The notes under the pieces are model-generated. The model made no database searches, had not been told where the DNA came from, and worked only from the letters and a program-made list of their open reading frames with translations. This document shows, one piece after another, positions 32,958-35,624 of a stretch of DNA of 35,624 nt (its first letter is position 1; every line of letters starts with the position of its first letter). Both the position numbers and the translations under genes were made by a program. The stretch comes from a virus. The stretch lies in IMG/VR virus record IMGVR_UViG_3300008970_000004; one strand, given 5' to 3'.

Positions 32958-33295
32958 GACTGGGTACCTCGTTGTTCTAAAAATGAATTCATGCTTGCTA
33001 AATCCGAAAATTTTCTATTGTTGTCTTTACACCAATCTTTATAGAACAAAATAATGTTTGGATCTAATGACCAGTCAATCTTTTCAATTTCTTCTTTATC
33101 CAAACCCATTCTTTCTAAGCGAGACTTCGAACCATCAATGATTGCCTCTTCTTCCTTTGTTTTACATCTGATGGTTGTTTCATTAACTGTTAAGAACCCA
33201 TAATGCAAAATTGCTGAAGTTAGTGCAGCTTTAGCCTCACTTATTACTTCAACAACTTGTTCACTTTCAATTGATACTTTAATTTTCTTTAACAT
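32954..33295 (-). CDS. Hypothetical protein (113 aa from MLKKIKVSIE...)
   Basis: The track ORF (to 33376) overlaps the upstream gene by 56 nt. The ATG at 33295 is preceded by AAGGAG 7 nt upstream (motif copy C). Confidence 0.55.
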   Translation of the reverse strand: MLKKIKVSIESEQVVEVISEAKAALTSAILHYGFLTVNETTIRCKTKEEEAIIDGSKSRLERMGLDKEEIEKIDWSLDPNIILFYKDWCKDNNRKFSDLASMNSFLEQRGTQS

Positions 33296-33304
33296 CGTTT
33301 TTCT

Positions 33305-33316
33305 CCTTGCTCTGGA
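33305..33316 (-). repeat. Early-gene leader motif, copy C (TCCAGAGCAAGG)
   Basis: The minus strand reads TAG CAAATCCAGAGCAAGGAGAAAAACG ATG. It is intergenic and fused to the SD. Confidence 0.75.
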
Positions 33317-33320
33317 TTTG

Positions 33321-33515
33321 CTATTTTCTTTTTTTATTACTTGCCTTCTCATCGATCCTTTTGTCGGTATTGTCATCAGCTGTCACCACATCATCTGATA
33401 ATTCCAGTACTTCCTGATTGTTAAGACCGATTATATTTCTGATAAACCAATCTGCTGCACTTGACAAATCAGGCTCATTTACAGCTTCAACCTTACTAAT
33501 TACTTTTAAATTCAT
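33321..33515 (-). CDS. Small acidic hypothetical protein
   Basis: 64-aa ORF, the second gene of the early operon. Confidence 0.5.
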   Translation of the reverse strand: MNLKVISKVEAVNEPDLSSAADWFIRNIIGLNNQEVLELSDDVVTADDNTDKRIDEKASNKKRK

Positions 33516-33529
33516 AGCAGATCACCAAT

Positions 33530-33745
33530 CTAATTCACAAATAATTCATCAACAGGTTTATCTAGGAATGTAGAAATTCTACTGGTTTCATCTAAATAAA
33601 ATCTTGATGTACCATTAAGCTTTTTTCTTAATGCACCTTCAGATAATCCCATTTGCTTTGCTAATGATCTAATTGAATAACCCCTAAAAGCCATTTCTTT
33701 TCTTAGATTAGCGTATAACAAAGTGGTTTTTTGTCCTTTTGGCAT
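33530..33745 (-). CDS. Cro-like / XRE-family HTH regulator (first early gene)
   Basis: 71 aa. HTH: YSIRSLAKQMGLSEGALRKKLNG. It is divergent from the CI-like gene. RBS GGAG upstream. Confidence 0.7.
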   Translation of the reverse strand: MPKGQKTTLLYANLRKEMAFRGYSIRSLAKQMGLSEGALRKKLNGTSRFYLDETSRISTFLDKPVDELFVN

Positions 33746-33777
33746 ATCGTTTATGCTCCTTTCTTATCGTAATCAAA

Positions 33778-33791
33778 ACGCATTTCGATTA
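33778..33791. promoter_or_regulatory. Operator-like repeat O-a (ACGCATTTCGATTA), part of the imperfect palindrome 33769..33792
   Basis: Exact 14-nt repeat of 33864..33877. The flanking sequence GTAATCAAAACG|CATTTCGATTAC is a 10/12 inverted repeat. It lies between the -10 of the leftward promoter and the cro-like RBS. Confidence 0.55.
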
Positions 33792-33804
33792 CTGTGTTAT
33801 CTCT

Positions 33805-33833
33805 ATAGTAATGCTTTTCGATATCTATGTCAA
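33805..33833 (-). promoter_or_regulatory. Early (lytic-direction) promoter: TTGACA, 17 nt, TACTAT
   Basis: On the minus strand, TTGACA is at 33833..33828 and TACTAT at 33810..33805, with an exact 17-nt spacer. Confidence 0.6.
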
Positions 33834-33863
33834 GCACAAAAATACAATAAACGATATTTTTAT

Positions 33864-33877
33864 ACGCATTTCGATTA
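33864..33877. promoter_or_regulatory. Operator-like repeat O-b (ACGCATTTCGATTA)
   Basis: Exact copy of 33778..33791. It overlaps the expected -35 position of the rightward promoter. Confidence 0.5.
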
Positions 33878-33885
33878 TTTTGATG

Positions 33886-33891
33886 TATAAT
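33886..33891 (+). promoter_or_regulatory. -10 box TATAAT of the repressor/integrase (lysogeny) promoter
   Basis: TGTATAAT lies about 28 nt upstream of the CI-like ATG. No good -35 was seen. Confidence 0.45.
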
Positions 33892-33918
33892 AATGCTATA
33901 AAGATGAGGTGATTGTAT

Positions 33919-34230
33919 ATGGATATCTACGATAGAATCAGCCAACTATTGATAACTAAAGGGAAAACAAGAAAAGAAATGTGTCAGGATTTAAAAATAC
34001 CTTATAGCACATTGAATTCACTATATCAGCGTAGAACACAAAGGATCAATTTTGACATGATTCAAGATATTGCGAAATATTTGAACAGAACAGTAGAGTA
34101 TTTGGCTTTAGGTATTGAGCATCAAATGTCACCAAAGGATGAGCTTGTAATAATATTCGAATCATTGAACGATTCAGATAAAAAACAACTTATAGAGTTT
34201 GCTAAATACTTAAAAAACAGACAAGGATGA
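33919..34230 (+). CDS. CI-like repressor (short XRE-family HTH, no peptidase domain)
   Basis: 103 aa from the ATG at 33919 (the track uses TTG at 33913). RBS GAGGTGA 6 nt upstream. HTH: KTRKEMCQDLKIPYSTLNSLYQ. It is divergent from cro-like and lies upstream of int. Confidence 0.7.
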   Translation: MDIYDRISQLLITKGKTRKEMCQDLKIPYSTLNSLYQRRTQRINFDMIQDIAKYLNRTVEYLALGIEHQMSPKDELVIIFESLNDSDKKQLIEFAKYLKNRQG

Positions 34231-34236
34231 TTGATT

Positions 34237-35624
34237 ATGAATAAAGCGGTTATATACGCTCGATACTCTTCTGATAAGCAACGTGAAGAATCAATTGAAG
34301 GCCAATTGATGATTTGTCACGACTTCGCTAAAAAAAATAATCTTCAAGTTATTAAAGAGTATATAGATAGAGCAAAAACAGGAACTCGTACAAATAGATC
34401 TGAATTTCAGAGAATGATAATGGATAGTAATACCCAATCTTTTCAATATGTAATTCTATATAAAACTGATAGGTTTGCTAGAAACGAGCATGATTCTATC
34501 GTGAACGAACATTACCTTTTGACCAATGGAGTTCAGTTGATGTATGCGACTCAACCTTTTTTGAATAATAAAGGTGGTAGAATCATTAAAGCAATTTATC
34601 GCGTACAAGATGAAGAATACTCGATAAATCTATCAGAGAGAACAAAGCTTGGTTTAGCTATGAATGTTGAAAATGGGAATGCAATATCTGGTCAATGTCC
34701 TATTGGATATAAAATAGAAAACAAAAAAATGGTCATCGATGCTGAAAAAGCAGATATCCCAAAGTTTATTTTTAATCTTTATGCTGGAGGTATAAAGGCT
34801 ACAGACATCAACATTATGCTGCAAGAAAAGGGCTATAATCCATTTAATATAAATTCAATTAGTAGGATGATCCGAAACAAGAAATATATTGGAACATTAA
34901 CATTTCAGGGCAAGGAGCATCTTAACTATCATCCTCAACTAATAGATAACGAGACATTTGAAAAAGCAAACTCGATGCTTAATAACAAAAGAGCACGTCA
35001 TGGTGGAAGGTCTATAGAGAAGTATTTATTAAGTGGATATTTGTACGATCAAAACGGAAAACGATTTGTCGGTAATAGTGGTAATGGTGAACATGGGAAA
35101 AAATATAGGTATTATTCATTAGGTAAACGCTATATAAAAAAAGACCACATAGAAAAACTTGTGATCGAAACTATAATAAGTACTTTATCTAAATCATCTA
35201 CTGAGTTTGCTCAAGAAATCCATAATAAATTGCTTAATAGTTCTGGAGAATCGAATGCAGATATAGCAAGAAAGAAACTAAATGGAATAAATAAAGATAT
35301 AACCAACTTAATTAATGCTATTAAAACTGGAATAATAAATGATTCAGTGAAAGACGAATTAGATCGTTTGGAAAAATTGAAGTTGCATTTGCAATCAGAA
35401 CTATTAAAACCAGATGTTAGTCAGTTTAGTGTCTCCCAGTTAAGAAAAATGGTTGAACAAATGAAAAAAAAACACCTCACCGAAAGTGATAAGGCATCTT
35501 TAATATCTTCGATGGTTGATAAAATTGTTGTTTTTAAAGATTACGTTGCAATTTATTATCGATTAACCGGACAACCAATATCATTTGATGATATTAGAAG
35601 TTCGGATGAAAAACTCAATGGTGC
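34237..35624 (+). CDS. int: Large serine recombinase (integrase); runs off the window end and continues at 1..181
   Basis: The ATG at 34237 gives MNKAVIYARYSSDKQREESIEGQ... (resolvase-type catalytic Ser motif). Followed by DRFARN and a recombinase-domain ...CPIGYK.... The frame is open to the last base. It is not in the ORF track because no stop falls inside the window. Confidence 0.9.
   Translation, partial: MNKAVIYARYSSDKQREESIEGQLMICHDFAKKNNLQVIKEYIDRAKTGTRTNRSEFQRMIMDSNTQSFQYVILYKTDRFARNEHDSIVNEHYLLTNGVQLMYATQPFLNNKGGRIIKAIYRVQDEEYSINLSERTKLGLAMNVENGNAISGQCPIGYKIENKKMVIDAEKADIPKFIFNLYAGGIKATDINIMLQEKGYNPFNINSISRMIRNKKYIGTLTFQGKEHLNYHPQLIDNETFEKANSMLNNKRARHGGRSIEKYLLSGYLYDQNGKRFVGNSGNGEHGKKYRYYSLGKRYIKKDHIEKLVIETIISTLSKSSTEFAQEIHNKLLNSSGESNADIARKKLNGINKDITNLINAIKTGIINDSVKDELDRLEKLKLHLQSELLKPDVSQFSVSQLRKMVEQMKKKHLTESDKASLISSMVDKIVVFKDYVAIYYRLTGQPISFDDIRSSDEKLNG
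35526..35624. repeat. Terminal direct repeat, copy 2 (identical to 1..99)
   Basis: See copy 1. Confidence 0.95.

Noticed and set aside
33751-33945. A 64-aa minus-strand ORF covering the cro/CI intergenic region.
   Set aside because: It spans both divergent promoters and the operator repeats and overlaps the CI-like start. It is best explained as a chance ORF in AT-rich regulatory DNA.
1-35624. The 99-bp terminal repeat as a genuine physical direct terminal repeat of the virion DNA.
   Set aside because: The repeat lies in the middle of the integrase coding sequence and the ORF only closes when the ends are joined. An assembly overlap of a circular or permuted genome is the simpler reading. 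It cannot be fully excluded without read data.
1-35624. CRISPR arrays, tRNA/tmRNA genes, rRNA, and IS/transposase genes.
   Set aside because: No regularly spaced direct repeats, no cloverleaf-capable conserved tRNA boxes noticed in the few intergenic regions, and no transposase-like ORF. This was a visual scan only, so tRNAscan or Infernal could still find a small RNA.

Overview
The window is a complete, circularly permuted genome of a temperate tailed phage with a siphovirus-type, HK97-like structural module. It is visibly AT-rich, uses strong GGAGG-type ribosome-binding sites, and TGA acts as a stop codon. The first 99 bp (1..99) are identical to the last 99 bp (35526..35624), so the unit length is 35,525 bp. 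The junction lies inside a large serine recombinase gene (34237..35624, continuing at 1..181) that the ORF track misses.

Layout:
- Plus strand: only the lysogeny pair, a short CI-like repressor (33919..34230) and the serine integrase.
- Minus strand, in transcription order: Cro-like gene and early genes (33745 down to about 25245), including XRE, ASCH and NUMOD-like proteins, a small tyrosine recombinase with a membrane protein/lipoprotein cluster, and many small Cys-rich proteins.
- Replication genes: replisome organizer with internal iterons, and a DnaC-like loader.
- A PcfK-like/PcfJ-like gene pair, followed by a terminator.
- A 345-bp ORF-free gap, then an HTH protein, an HNH/P-loop fusion, small and large terminase subunits, portal, prohead protease, major capsid, head-tail connectors and major tail.
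- G/GT tail chaperones with a canonical -1 frameshift site, tape measure, Dit, Tal and two paralogous fibers.
- Membrane proteins where a lysis cassette is expected (no recognizable endolysin), a terminator, and a self-promoted membrane-protein moron next to the integrase.

Most interesting signal: a 109-nt element closed by a perfect 22-bp stem (20819..20927) sits in the ORF-free gap. An inner hairpin loop carries CCAGAGCAAGG. The same sequence occurs in the opposite orientation at or next to the ribosome-binding regions of early genes at four sites. A minus-strand transcript of the element would therefore be antisense to those sites, which suggests a candidate phage sRNA with a small regulon.

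All family assignments come from motifs read by eye. No database search or folding program was run.
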